The notes: generated by a model from the letters alone, not told the origin. A stretch of DNA of 64,000 nucleotides from Candidatus Hydrothermarchaeum profundi (GCA_002011125.2 MTMF02000009.1:364006-428005); one strand, 5' to 3'; shown: positions 36,231-46,274, counted from the stretch's first letter. Made by a program: numbers and translations.

Positions 36231-37016
36231 ATGAGAGTTACAAAAATAAAGGAGATAATTAGAGAAACAGAGCGAATAAGGACCTTTGTTTTCGAAGAAA
36301 AAGTTGACGCTTTACCCGGTCAATTTGTGATGGTATGGATACCTGATGTAGATGAAAAACCGTTAAGCCTATCCAAACATAAAGGAGATTTGACTATAAC
36401 AGTACTTGCCCAAGGACCTTTCACTAATAAAATGGCAGAACTCAAAGTAGGAGATAAAGTAGGTATTAGGGGCCCCTTCGGCAGAGGCTTCAAAATAATA
36501 GGAGACAACCTCTTGCTAGTTGGGGGAGGAGTAGGTGTACCGCCTCTTGCTGCTCTTGCTGACAAAGCGGTTGAAGAAGGTAAAAATGTAACCGCCATCG
36601 TTGGAGCAATAACGGCAAGCGAACTTTTATTCGTAGATCGATTAGAGAATATAGGTGCTAGAGTTTTAACGTGCACAGACGATGGTACTGCTGGAAAGAA
36701 AGGATTTACAACCGACTTACTTAGGGATTTACTCCAGAAAGAAACTTTTGACTCATGTTATACCTGCGGTCCAGAGATAATGATGGTTAAGGTATTAGAA
36801 CAGACGAAAGCGAAGGGTATACCCACACAAGTATCTATGGAAAGATATGTCAAATGTGGTATTGGGATATGTGGGCATTGTATAGTAGATGGAACAGGAC
36901 AAAGGGTCTGCAAAGAAGGACCTGTTTTTAGGGACATAGAGGTTGAAAAAATTACTGAATTTGGGAAATATCGGAGAGATGCTTCTGGAACAAAGGTATA
37001 CTTTAGAAATAGATAG
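36231..37016 (+). CDS. pyrK: Dihydroorotate dehydrogenase electron transfer subunit (FAD, 2Fe-2S)
   Basis: PGQFVMVW, RGPFG, GGGVG..P, CGPE.M and CGIGICGHC...VCKEGPV motifs. Confidence 0.9.
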   Translation: MRVTKIKEIIRETERIRTFVFEEKVDALPGQFVMVWIPDVDEKPLSLSKHKGDLTITVLAQGPFTNKMAELKVGDKVGIRGPFGRGFKIIGDNLLLVGGGVGVPPLAALADKAVEEGKNVTAIVGAITASELLFVDRLENIGARVLTCTDDGTAGKKGFTTDLLRDLLQKETFDSCYTCGPEIMMVKVLEQTKAKGIPTQVSMERYVKCGIGICGHCIVDGTGQRVCKEGPVFRDIEVEKITEFGKYRRDASGTKVYFRNR

Positions 37017-37032
37017 TAGTATTTATTACAAC

Positions 37033-37386
37033 CTATTTTGTCCGAAAATTTCCATTTTCTAAATCTTTGAAAGATTTCTCAGCTATCGTAGTTACATTAG
37101 AAACCGCTTTAGCTATATACTCCTTAGATTTTTTCATATTAACGGTGTTGAACTCTTTAATTGCTTTATGGAGATTATGATATGCAGAGTCTGCTTCCTT
37201 CTCATGGGTTTTATCTCTCAACGCAACAAATAATGTTCTCATCTCCCCGTCCAATGAGTCAAACATTGCATGAATAATGTCTTCTTTCTTATCGTAGTTT
37301 TCATAAGCCTCTAGAAGATTATTCGCCATCAAAAGTAGCGTCTTCATTTTATCAGAATAATGATACGCCATAAGAGAACTTTTCAT
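37033..37386 (-). CDS. Hypothetical helical-bundle protein, translationally coupled to nre
   Basis: ATGA overlap with the nre stop codon; 117 aa. Confidence 0.6.
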   Translation of the reverse strand: MKSSLMAYHYSDKMKTLLLMANNLLEAYENYDKKEDIIHAMFDSLDGEMRTLFVALRDKTHEKEADSAYHNLHKAIKEFNTVNMKKSKEYIAKAVSNVTTIAEKSFKDLENGNFRTK

Positions 37387-38648
37387 ATAAACTCCTCCAA
37401 TCTTTTCTGCTTAAGCATTTTACTTTTTTTCAAATATTCCTTCATTGGAATCTTCAGCCTCTTAGAGATATCCCTCAAAGCTTCGCTTAAAGTATCAAAC
37501 TTTCTAGGCGGGTTTTTCATCGCTTGACGAACATTTTCCCTTACCTCCCAAACTCCTACGGGGATAATATAGCCTTCATAGATTTCTCTAAATACGATAA
37601 CTCCTGCCTGTCTTCTCATCCTATAAAGAGCCTCTTGCACAGCAAGTCTCGCTGCATAATAGCCTCCTCCTTCTGAATAAGCATACTCACTTCTACCCCA
37701 ATAGCCCTCATTTTCCTGATTAATCGCAGGTTCTTTATAGGACAAGGTCCACAGAGTATCTGGAGCCCACGCCTCAAACTGCTCATATTCCCATCTCCGA
37801 GGCATGAGCAACACTTCAAAATGATTATCCAGATATGTATTATGGTATACCAGAAATTCATTAACGGTTGGATAAGACCTTATATTTTCTAAAAGTCTTT
37901 TCCCAACTATATCATCAACCGCAGTTATGCTCCATCTTGTTGGAACCATCTTCTTACCCAAATCCAATCCTAAAACGCCGGAGGATAAAATCCTACTCAA
38001 ATAATATACATCATATCCATAGTGGTAGAGCTTAGAGATAGCCTCACCTGCCTTAAATTCGTCAGATACTACAGAATCCACCTTTTTGGGTATTGCGGGA
38101 TTTTCAGCTATATCAAAATTTCTCAGCATACCGCTAGGGCCTAACGGCTGAGATAACGGAGAGAAAGACAAGCTATATTTTGGTTTAGATTTAAATTCTA
38201 CCTCAGTATCCACAGGCTTAATAGAAAGCACTACTTCCTGGACCTTTTCTACTATCTTCGATCTCTCCTTCACGCCGCATCGGGTTTTCGATCTGACAAG
38301 CAGTGAACGCATTTTTATTATCTGGTTAAAATCTAGCCCATACCACTTGCTAGGATCATCTAAAAGGCTTGCATTCTCATACTCTATAGAAGTTAGCGGA
38401 CCAACAAAAACATTAGGATACCCCTTCCATCCTACAAAAATACTAGGAGAGGGTCCAAACATGTTTTCTTTGAGCATGCCCTCAATAGGGCTTTGAATAT
38501 AAATTTTAGCTAGTAAAGGACAAGAAGGTCTCCCACAAAGTAATCTTCCCCCTTTGCACTCCAAGCATAAAGTTCTGCTCATGGGTCTAAGCTTTCTAAT
38601 GGCCCTTACGATTTCACATTTTGGATCCTGCCAGTCTTCCATATTCAC
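37383..38648 (-). CDS. nreA: Nre family DNA repair protein
   Basis: CLECKGGRLLCGRPSCP Zn site, VPTRWSITAVD, GGYYAARL, PVGVWEVRE and C-terminal PIP box QKRLEEF. Confidence 0.92.
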   Translation of the reverse strand: MNMEDWQDPKCEIVRAIRKLRPMSRTLCLECKGGRLLCGRPSCPLLAKIYIQSPIEGMLKENMFGPSPSIFVGWKGYPNVFVGPLTSIEYENASLLDDPSKWYGLDFNQIIKMRSLLVRSKTRCGVKERSKIVEKVQEVVLSIKPVDTEVEFKSKPKYSLSFSPLSQPLGPSGMLRNFDIAENPAIPKKVDSVVSDEFKAGEAISKLYHYGYDVYYLSRILSSGVLGLDLGKKMVPTRWSITAVDDIVGKRLLENIRSYPTVNEFLVYHNTYLDNHFEVLLMPRRWEYEQFEAWAPDTLWTLSYKEPAINQENEGYWGRSEYAYSEGGGYYAARLAVQEALYRMRRQAGVIVFREIYEGYIIPVGVWEVRENVRQAMKNPPRKFDTLSEALRDISKRLKIPMKEYLKKSKMLKQKRLEEFI

Positions 38649-38748
38649 TCTACTTTAAAATGAGAAAACTGCCATAAACAAGGTTAGCAGATCAAAGAAA
38701 ATAGATGCTAAAATTAAAACTTTATATCAAAAAAACAATTTTTTATAT

Positions 38749-39882
38749 ATGGCTACTCCGGAAGATCGTATCCTCCTACTACTTGCTATTAAAGAAAAAG
38801 GTAAAAGAATAAACTTTGAACACATCGCTGAAAAAGTTATCAGAGACGAGCAAGGGAAGATATCTGAAAAAGAAGTTAAAGAAACCCTAGAAGAACTCTT
38901 AAAAAAACAAATGGTCTCTGAGAAAAATAGAATGTATGCAATTACGGAGAAAGGCAGAGCTACAATTTTAGAAAAGCTTAAAGACATTGAAAATGAGCTA
39001 AATTTATCATATCGCCGGGTACTAGTGGCAAAAGACTACTATCCCTCAGTTGCAGAGGCTATGGTTCCATATTTAAAAGAGAGAGCTACGAGTACTGTAA
39101 AAGTTTTCAGCGACGAAAAAGACCCTTTTAATAATCTAAAACCCCTTTTCGTAAGATATTCCAGATATAAGCCTAAAAAAACCCCTATAATAATCGAAAC
39201 TGTAGACGAACTACTTAGATATGTAAACGCTCATGCGATTGATTTCATACCCTATGTGCATAAGCTTAACTCCTCTGAGCCAGATTGGCTTATACTAGAC
39301 CTAGATGCTGGTTTAGAATTCAGACGGCATGAGAAAGGTTTTGATCTGGTGAAATTAGCTGCAAAGAAAGTTATAGAAGTCCTAGAATACCACGAGATAA
39401 CACCGTGTATAAAATTTTCAGGATCTAGAGGTATACAGATATGGGCCGCACTAGATAACGGCAAATTACCGCCAGGAGACAAATTTGCTCAATATAGGAA
39501 TCTTGCTATAGTTATACAAAGAATGACCGAACAAGCAATACAGGACTCAGATGTCGCAGACGAATTTTATCAAATTACAAAGAAAAATAAGCCTATAACA
39601 ACCTCCACAGTCGCCAAGAAAGAAGAGAGGGCAGATCAAATCCTAATAGACTGGAGTAGCATGAAACCAAATGGGGATGTAAGAGCCCCTTTCAGCATTC
39701 ACTATAAAACAGGACTTGTATCCTGTCCAATCAGCAAACATCATCTCATAGACTTTAAAATAAGCGAGGCAGAACCTAAAACTGTGGCTGAAAATATAAA
39801 TAAACTAAGAAAAGACTTCGAGATTGTAAAATCAGATCCAAGTCTATTATGTAGAGCTAGCCGGTTTGCTACCTTGGAATAA
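38749..39882 (+). CDS. Winged-HTH fused to a LigD/Prim-PolC-type primase-polymerase domain
   Basis: N-terminal wHTH (..L.KQMV...YAITEKGR); AEP motifs PDWLILDLD, KFSGSRGIQ, ILIDW and APFS. Confidence 0.8.
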   Translation: MATPEDRILLLLAIKEKGKRINFEHIAEKVIRDEQGKISEKEVKETLEELLKKQMVSEKNRMYAITEKGRATILEKLKDIENELNLSYRRVLVAKDYYPSVAEAMVPYLKERATSTVKVFSDEKDPFNNLKPLFVRYSRYKPKKTPIIIETVDELLRYVNAHAIDFIPYVHKLNSSEPDWLILDLDAGLEFRRHEKGFDLVKLAAKKVIEVLEYHEITPCIKFSGSRGIQIWAALDNGKLPPGDKFAQYRNLAIVIQRMTEQAIQDSDVADEFYQITKKNKPITTSTVAKKEERADQILIDWSSMKPNGDVRAPFSIHYKTGLVSCPISKHHLIDFKISEAEPKTVAENINKLRKDFEIVKSDPSLLCRASRFATLE

Positions 39883-39911
39883 AAGAAAGATTACGTAACT
39901 ATCTTAGAACA

Positions 39912-41102
39912 TTATTCGTATCTCAAAGCCTCAACCGGATCTAGCTTGGCCGCTTTCCATGCAGGGTATGCTCCAGAGGCACTTCCTACAATAATAGAAA
40001 AAATAAGAGCTCCTATAAGCACTGTAACAGAAACATATGTTTCAAATAATGTACCAATGTAAAACTGACCGATTTCCTCTATCATCTTCGAAGTAACGAG
40101 ACCAAAAATTATCCCAACAGCCCCTCCAACAAGCCCTACAAGAGAAGATTCCGCAAGAAATACGCCTAGAATGCGGTAGTTAGTCGCACCCGTTGCCTTC
40201 ATTATACCTATCTCTCGAGTCCTCTCAATTACGCTCATTAACATAGTATTCATTATTATTACCCCCCCTACCAAAAGAGAAACCGAGGCAATTCCTCCGA
40301 GAACGAAAGTTAATATATCTAAAACCTGATTTATTTGCCCAGCTTGGTCTTCTGTAGTTAAGACCTCAAAATCTTTTCCTCCTCTAAGTTTTTTAAGGCG
40401 CTCTTCAATTTTTTTCGAAACTTCCCCTACTACGCCTTTACTGTCTGCTTGAACCATTATAAAATTAATATCATCCCCAACGTCAAAAAGTGACTGCGCA
40501 GCCTTTATCGACATATAAATCTGAGAATCATCTGGCTTTGACCCTATCTCCTCGATGATTCCAGTTACTCTAAACTTTTTACCGCTTATCTCTAGGTAAT
40601 CTCCTACCCTAATTTCTTTTTCAAACATCCCTTTTGAAACATAATAACCTATAAACACCGCCTCTGTCTCGGTTTCATCAATATATCGGCCTTCTTTCAA
40701 TGTAAGAAACTCACGATAAAGTTCTATTCCTTCTTCTGTCCCCCCTATTATGTTCGCAGTTACCTCTTCAGTACCCACTTTAACCTTTGCTGATGCGAAA
40801 TACATAGGAGCTACTTTTTTAACCCCTGGAATAGTATTTATCTCTCTCAGCTCAGCATTGCCGAAGGGTACGAATTCTTTTGGAGGCCCAAAGCCTCCTC
40901 CAAAAAATCCCGCTGGTGAAACATATATCTTATCGGCTCCAACCTTGTCAAGCTGTTCATTTACTGTCCTCCTCATACCCTCACCAATAGAAATCATAGC
41001 CACAATTACCGCAATACCTATAACAATGCCTGATAGAGTAAGAAAAGTTCTAGACTTCCTTTGAACCATATTCCTAAACGAATACTTTATGTACTCGATC
41101 AT
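39912..41102 (-). CDS. MacB/FtsX-type ABC permease
   Basis: RTFLTLSGIVIGI, ERTREIGIMKATGA and PAWKAAKLDPVEALRYE motifs. Confidence 0.93.
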   Translation of the reverse strand: MIEYIKYSFRNMVQRKSRTFLTLSGIVIGIAVIVAMISIGEGMRRTVNEQLDKVGADKIYVSPAGFFGGGFGPPKEFVPFGNAELREINTIPGVKKVAPMYFASAKVKVGTEEVTANIIGGTEEGIELYREFLTLKEGRYIDETETEAVFIGYYVSKGMFEKEIRVGDYLEISGKKFRVTGIIEEIGSKPDDSQIYMSIKAAQSLFDVGDDINFIMVQADSKGVVGEVSKKIEERLKKLRGGKDFEVLTTEDQAGQINQVLDILTFVLGGIASVSLLVGGVIIMNTMLMSVIERTREIGIMKATGATNYRILGVFLAESSLVGLVGGAVGIIFGLVTSKMIEEIGQFYIGTLFETYVSVTVLIGALIFSIIVGSASGAYPAWKAAKLDPVEALRYE

Positions 41103-42280
41103 GCTCTGAGAGCCTCCACTGGATCCAATTTTACGGCCTTATACGCGGGATATAAACCAGAGATAACGCCAGCTAATATAGCAAAGCTAATAGCATAGAA
41201 TGCCAAGCTAGGGGTTACCGCGGTAGTCAAAACACCTGGGCCCAAATAGTTTTCAGCTAGCTCATTTATAATTGTAGAGATAATGTAACCTATCAAAACT
41301 CCTATCATACCTCCAAAAAATCCAAAAACCCCTGATTCGAAGAGAAATATTCTCATTACTTGAGAATTAGTAGCCCCAGTTGCTTTCATTATACCTATTT
41401 CCTGGGTCCTTTCAACTACGTTCATAATCATTGTATTGGCTATGCCTATACCCCCAACAATCAAAGATACTCCAGCTATACCTCCAAATACGACCTGGAT
41501 TACTTTTAGCGAAGACGATATGGCATTAATCAGTTGCTGGGAGGTAAATACATCGAACTCCACCCCTTCATGGCGTCTTTCAAGACTGTCTTCTATTTTT
41601 TGACGGACTTCGTCCACATCATAACCTGGTTTTACCCTTACGACTATTGCTGTTACACTTTTTTCTCTCCCCATGAGTTCCCTTAACTTATCTATGTTAA
41701 CCATTACAGCTTCATCATGTTCTGGATCTCCAGTTTCTTTAAAAATACCTACAACACGGAATTTTTCTCCTTGGATTTTTATGCTGTTTCCGAGCTCTAC
41801 TTTACTTTTAAAAAAATCGTCATGAACTCTATAACCCAAGACAACTACATTTCGGTCTCCTGGCTCGAGCCATCTACCTTTAAGGAGGCGGTATCCCCCG
41901 ACATCAGAAAAAGTTCGTTCTGCTTTACCGGGATCTAAACCCCATACAGTTATGACCTTTTCTTCACCCTTAAATTCGCCTCCTGCAGCAACACTATACA
42001 TAGGGGAAACAAACTCCACACCCACTATATCCTCAATATTCGAAACATCGCCATCAGTTAAGCCTTTTCCTCTTACCCCATATTCCATCGTAGAAGTAAC
42101 GAGTATTTTATTGGTGCCAAACGCCTCAAACTGTTCCCTTACAGCCTTTGTCATGCCTTCCCCAATAGACACCATCGAAACTACAGCTGTTATACCGATA
42201 ATTACACCAAGTGTTGTAAGAATAGCCCTAGCTTTTCTATAAGATAAATTTTTTAAGGAAAGCTCTATATATTGCAACAT
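41099..42280 (-). CDS. MacB/FtsX-type ABC permease
   Basis: ERTQEIGIMKATGA and PAYKAVKLDPVEALR motifs; paralog of the adjacent gene. Confidence 0.93.
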   Translation of the reverse strand: MLQYIELSLKNLSYRKARAILTTLGVIIGITAVVSMVSIGEGMTKAVREQFEAFGTNKILVTSTMEYGVRGKGLTDGDVSNIEDIVGVEFVSPMYSVAAGGEFKGEEKVITVWGLDPGKAERTFSDVGGYRLLKGRWLEPGDRNVVVLGYRVHDDFFKSKVELGNSIKIQGEKFRVVGIFKETGDPEHDEAVMVNIDKLRELMGREKSVTAIVVRVKPGYDVDEVRQKIEDSLERRHEGVEFDVFTSQQLINAISSSLKVIQVVFGGIAGVSLIVGGIGIANTMIMNVVERTQEIGIMKATGATNSQVMRIFLFESGVFGFFGGMIGVLIGYIISTIINELAENYLGPGVLTTAVTPSLAFYAISFAILAGVISGLYPAYKAVKLDPVEALRA

Positions 42281-42286
42281 CTCACT

Positions 42287-42964
42287 TCAGCCTACGATCC
42301 TCCCATCCCTGATTTTTATTATAGTGTTTGCTCGCTTACCAAATTCCCTCTCATGCGTTACCAACACGATCGTCTTACCTCTCTCATTGAGTTCTTCTAA
42401 AATTCTCATAATACCTTCACCAGACTTAGTATCCAGATTACCAGTTGGCTCGTCAGCCAAAATTATTTCCGGATCATTCCCAAGAGCTCTAGCGATGCAA
42501 ACCCTCTGCCTTTCTCCACCTGAAAGTTCTGTTGGCCGATGCTTCATTCGGTCGCCTAAACCCACGAGTTTTAGAAGTTCCGCAGCTCTTTTCACTCTTT
42601 GGACTTTAGGCACTCCTGCAAACCACATGGGGAGCTCTACGTTTTCGATAGCTGTAAGACGAGGTATTAAATTGAATTGTTGAAATACGAAGCCTATTTT
42701 CTCTCTGCGAATTCTCGCTAGAGAATTATCTGACAGTTTCGAAATATCTCTTCCCTCAATGAAAACCCTTCCTTTCGTTGGCCTATCCAAAGCTCCAATC
42801 AAATTCATCAAAGTGCTTTTCCCGCTCCCAGAGGGCCCCATAATCGAAACATAATCACCCTTTTCAATAGAAAGGTTTATACCTCGTAAAGCCGGCACTT
42901 TGACACGATCCATGAGATAAGTCTTTTCAACTCCTTCGAGTCTCACTATATCCAAACCTTTCAC
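42287..42964 (-). CDS. ABC transporter ATPase (LolD/MacB-like)
   Basis: GPSGSGKST, LSGGERQR and LADEPTGNLD motifs. Confidence 0.95.
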   Translation of the reverse strand: MKGLDIVRLEGVEKTYLMDRVKVPALRGINLSIEKGDYVSIMGPSGSGKSTLMNLIGALDRPTKGRVFIEGRDISKLSDNSLARIRREKIGFVFQQFNLIPRLTAIENVELPMWFAGVPKVQRVKRAAELLKLVGLGDRMKHRPTELSGGERQRVCIARALGNDPEIILADEPTGNLDTKSGEGIMRILEELNERGKTIVLVTHEREFGKRANTIIKIRDGRIVG

Positions 42965-44181
42965 CCTTCAATAACTTGCGATGCTGCCTTCTTATATCTC
43001 CAGACTACAACTAAAATAAGCGCAAGAATTATCAGAGGCACAGCTATGTAGTAAACTTTTTTCCGTGGAGGCTCGTCCACATAAATGCTAAATGTCTTCG
43101 TATCGTAGAATTCGTCTCCTTTTTCATCGGTATAAACAATCTTCATTTTAAAAGTGTGGTCTCCGGGCGCTACTGATTTAGTAGCTCTAAGGTCAAATAT
43201 ACCTGAAGACACATCGTCCACTTCAATCTTGCCTATAAAGGACGAAAATTCTCCGACAAACCCTTCAGTATTCGAAATCGTCGCCATAACTGATTTAGCA
43301 TCTTGGGTGCCAATATTTTCCAATTGCACAGAGAGAGTAAAATCAGTTCCAGGATAAATCTTAGATGGAGAGGTACTTATCCCCGCTATCTCTAAATCAA
43401 CATCACCATACGAGCTAACAAAAATCTGAAAGGGTCTTTCAACCTTTTTTAGAACTCCTTCTTCATTATAATAAATCAATATAAGAGTGAAATCATAAGC
43501 CCTACTTTCCGCTTTCTTTGATGCTTTGAGGTCAAAAGAGAGAGAAACTTTTTTGTCTTTCTCCAATGTGCCTATATACCCCGATCCTTCCCCAGAAAAC
43601 TCCTCAGGCATAACAAGTCTGGCTTCAACAGCTTTTGCATCCTCATCTCCTATATTCTCAACACCTAAAACTAGAGAGAACTCCTGATCAGGATATACTC
43701 GTTCCGGGGAAGTATTGACCCCTGCTATAACCAGATTTGGCTCCCCTTCTACTATAACACCTACGTAGATTATTTGACTCTTTTCTTCCTTCCTAGCGTC
43801 TTCCCAATTTAATACTATCGGAATTTGATATGCCCCTATTGCAGCATTATCTTTTACCTTGACTTGATATTGTAGTATTAACTCATCACTTTGCCTTACA
43901 ACTCCGAAATACTCCATTGATTCTACAGCGCCAGCTGCTTTCCCTAAAAACTTCTTAGGCGACGATAGCGCTGTGAACGGAGATGTTCCGTCAGGGTCAA
44001 ATGAAGCCCGAAGATATGCGGCATAATCTGTTCCCAGATTCTTTATCGTTATATTCACCGTCACAATTTCTCCAGGATAAACCTTATCCGGAGAAACGTT
44101 CATAACATAAAAGTCAGCAGTCGAGGCAGATACTATGGGAACCATAAGAAGTACAATGAAAAACCATTCTTTCATTTCCAT
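42961..44181 (-). CDS. COG1361 S-layer-like Ig-repeat protein
   Basis: Signal peptide, three Ig-like repeats (P..VYPG....L...N.G...A..V) and a C-terminal TM anchor; typical partner of archaeal MacB operons. Confidence 0.8.
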   Translation of the reverse strand: MEMKEWFFIVLLMVPIVSASTADFYVMNVSPDKVYPGEIVTVNITIKNLGTDYAAYLRASFDPDGTSPFTALSSPKKFLGKAAGAVESMEYFGVVRQSDELILQYQVKVKDNAAIGAYQIPIVLNWEDARKEEKSQIIYVGVIVEGEPNLVIAGVNTSPERVYPDQEFSLVLGVENIGDEDAKAVEARLVMPEEFSGEGSGYIGTLEKDKKVSLSFDLKASKKAESRAYDFTLILIYYNEEGVLKKVERPFQIFVSSYGDVDLEIAGISTSPSKIYPGTDFTLSVQLENIGTQDAKSVMATISNTEGFVGEFSSFIGKIEVDDVSSGIFDLRATKSVAPGDHTFKMKIVYTDEKGDEFYDTKTFSIYVDEPPRKKVYYIAVPLIILALILVVVWRYKKAASQVIEG

Positions 44182-44687
44182 TCCTCCAAAATTTTATTTA
44201 ACCATTTTATTTCGGTCTCTGCATGCATTATCCCCCTCTCTAACGCAGCCAGTTTAAACCTCGGCAAACTCTCCTTACATTCCGTTCTCGTCTTCAAAAG
44301 TTCATCGAGCAAATCTACGTTACCTTTAAGTTTTTCTTCGAAAAGACTTTTCTCCACACCGTCATCCAAATAGTCCAGCAAGAAAAGATGTAGAGTAAAT
44401 TCATCTCTCACGTGGGGTTCTTTTTTTATCCTTGATTTTAAAATTCTGACAAACTCGTTTCTACCCTCCTCTGTAATCTCGTATATTATCTTCCCAACCG
44501 TTTTTGATAGCTCTTTTCTACTTTTAACTAAGCCAGCTTCTTCTAGTTTTTTAAGGGTAGGGTAGATAGATCCAAAATTTATCATCCAAAATACACCTTT
44601 GCTTAGCTCAAAAAAACGCTTCATTTCATAGCCGTGCATTGGCTTTTCCATCAATGCTCCAAGAATACAGAGTTTTGCAAGAGACAT
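44172..44687 (-). CDS. PadR family transcriptional regulator
   Basis: ILGAL..PMHGYE, GSIYPTLKKLE..GL and YEITEEGR motifs plus a C-terminal dimerisation domain. Confidence 0.92.
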   Translation of the reverse strand: MSLAKLCILGALMEKPMHGYEMKRFFELSKGVFWMINFGSIYPTLKKLEEAGLVKSRKELSKTVGKIIYEITEEGRNEFVRILKSRIKKEPHVRDEFTLHLFLLDYLDDGVEKSLFEEKLKGNVDLLDELLKTRTECKESLPRFKLAALERGIMHAETEIKWLNKILEEWK

Positions 44688-44727
44688 TATATCAACTTAA
44701 TATATATCAATTTAATATAAAAACTTT
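44688..44727 (-). promoter_or_regulatory. PadR promoter with tandem imperfect palindromes (likely autoregulatory operator)
   Basis: TATATCAACTTAATATA (44688-44704) and TATATCAATTTAATATA (44703-44719) lie between a minus-strand AAAG-TTTTTATA box and the ATG. Confidence 0.55.
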
Positions 44728-44834
44728 AGCTTATCTAAAAAATACATAAACTCAATTCAACATAAGATTTAAAGTTCCGCAATAAAAAAACCTATAGAAG
44801 AAATAATAAAATCCTAAAATGAAGGTTTCAAAGC

Positions 44835-46046
44835 ATGATTCAACTTAGATGCATAAAATGCAATAAAAAATATCCTCCAGAAAAAAGAATTTATACCTGC
44901 CAGTGTAGTGGGGTACTAGAAGTAGAAATAGATCTCGGGGAGGTATCAATAGACAAAGATAGGCTGAGAAGGAGAAAGTTCGGAGTATGGCGTTACAGAG
45001 AACTGCTGCCGATAAACAAGGAATCGAAAATAATTACCTTAGGCGAAGGTGGAACTCCTCTTTATAAAGCCGAAACCCTTGGAAGAAAAATAGGAGTTAA
45101 AAACCTATATATAAAGAATGAGGGCGCAAATCCAACGGGCTCTTTTAAAGACAGGGGCATGACAATAGGAGTTACAAAGGCACTAGAATTCGGAGCAACT
45201 ATAGTAGGATGTGCCTCGACAGGAAACACTTCTGCTTCACTAGCTGCATATGCGGCTAAAGCTCAAATCAAATGTCTAGTTTTATTACCATCTGGAAAGA
45301 TTGCATTAGGAAAACTAGCACAAGCCATACTACACGGAGCTAAAGTTATAGGAATTAAAGGAAACTTTGATACCGCATTAAAACTTGTAAGAGAAGCCTC
45401 CGAAGAGCTAAATATATACCTACTGAATTCTATAAATCCTTGGAGATTAGAAGGGCAGAAAACAGAGGCTTTTGAGATAGCAGACCAACTAGACTTTCAA
45501 CCACCTGATAGAGTTGTATTACCAGTAGGAAATTGCGGTAACATTTCAGCCATCTGGAAGGGATTTAAAGAACTCAAAATAGTAGGCTTAATAGACTCCT
45601 TACCTATAATGACCGGTATACAGGCTAAGGGAGCATCACCAGTTGTAAAAGCTTTCAAGCAAGGCAGAGAAGATATTACGCCAGTTGAAAAGCCAGAAAC
45701 CATAGCTAGCGCCATAAGAATAGGCGCCCCCGTGAACGCATTGAAAGCTCTCAGAGCCCTTAAAGAGTCGGGCGGAATAGCTGAAAGCGTTTCTGATGAC
45801 GAAATTCTCAACGCCCAGAAGATGATCGCCTGCCTCGAGGGAATAGGAGTTGAACCCGCCTCTGCTTCTTCAATAGCAGGATTAATTAAATTATTAGAAG
45901 CGGGAGAGATAGACAGAGACGAAAGGATAGTATGTATTACAACAGGCCATGCACTGAAAGATCCAGAAATCATTTTTAAAGAATATGAAAGGCCGATAGA
46001 GATAGAACCCAGGCTAGATAAATTAAAGGAGGTAATAAAATGGTAG
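44835..46046 (+). CDS. thrC: Threonine synthase
   Basis: LGEGGTPL, NPTGSFKDRG (PLP Lys), ASTGNT, PVGNCGN and TGHALKD motifs. Confidence 0.95.
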   Translation: MIQLRCIKCNKKYPPEKRIYTCQCSGVLEVEIDLGEVSIDKDRLRRRKFGVWRYRELLPINKESKIITLGEGGTPLYKAETLGRKIGVKNLYIKNEGANPTGSFKDRGMTIGVTKALEFGATIVGCASTGNTSASLAAYAAKAQIKCLVLLPSGKIALGKLAQAILHGAKVIGIKGNFDTALKLVREASEELNIYLLNSINPWRLEGQKTEAFEIADQLDFQPPDRVVLPVGNCGNISAIWKGFKELKIVGLIDSLPIMTGIQAKGASPVVKAFKQGREDITPVEKPETIASAIRIGAPVNALKALRALKESGGIAESVSDDEILNAQKMIACLEGIGVEPASASSIAGLIKLLEAGEIDRDERIVCITTGHALKDPEIIFKEYERPIEIEPRLDKLKEVIKW

Positions 46047-46270
46047 TTGGCGTATGCCTTATAAATGTAGAACTTGGATCCGAGAGTAATGTACGAGATG
46101 AACTATCAAAGATTAGAGGGATAAGAGAACTTTTTCACCTCTTCGGAGAATATGATTTCATAGCTATTATTGAAACAGAAGGCCTAAAACCCTTAAACGA
46201 TATCGTAGATAATATAAGAAATATCCCTGGAGTAGCCTCTACAAGAACTATTATTGGAGCAGAATTCTAA
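46040..46270 (+). CDS. Stand-alone Lrp/AsnC ligand-binding (RAM) domain protein
   Basis: LINVELG...LFGEYDFIA...IRNIPGV.STRT pattern. Confidence 0.85.
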   Translation: MVVGVCLINVELGSESNVRDELSKIRGIRELFHLFGEYDFIAIIETEGLKPLNDIVDNIRNIPGVASTRTIIGAEF

Positions 46271-46274
46271 CCTT

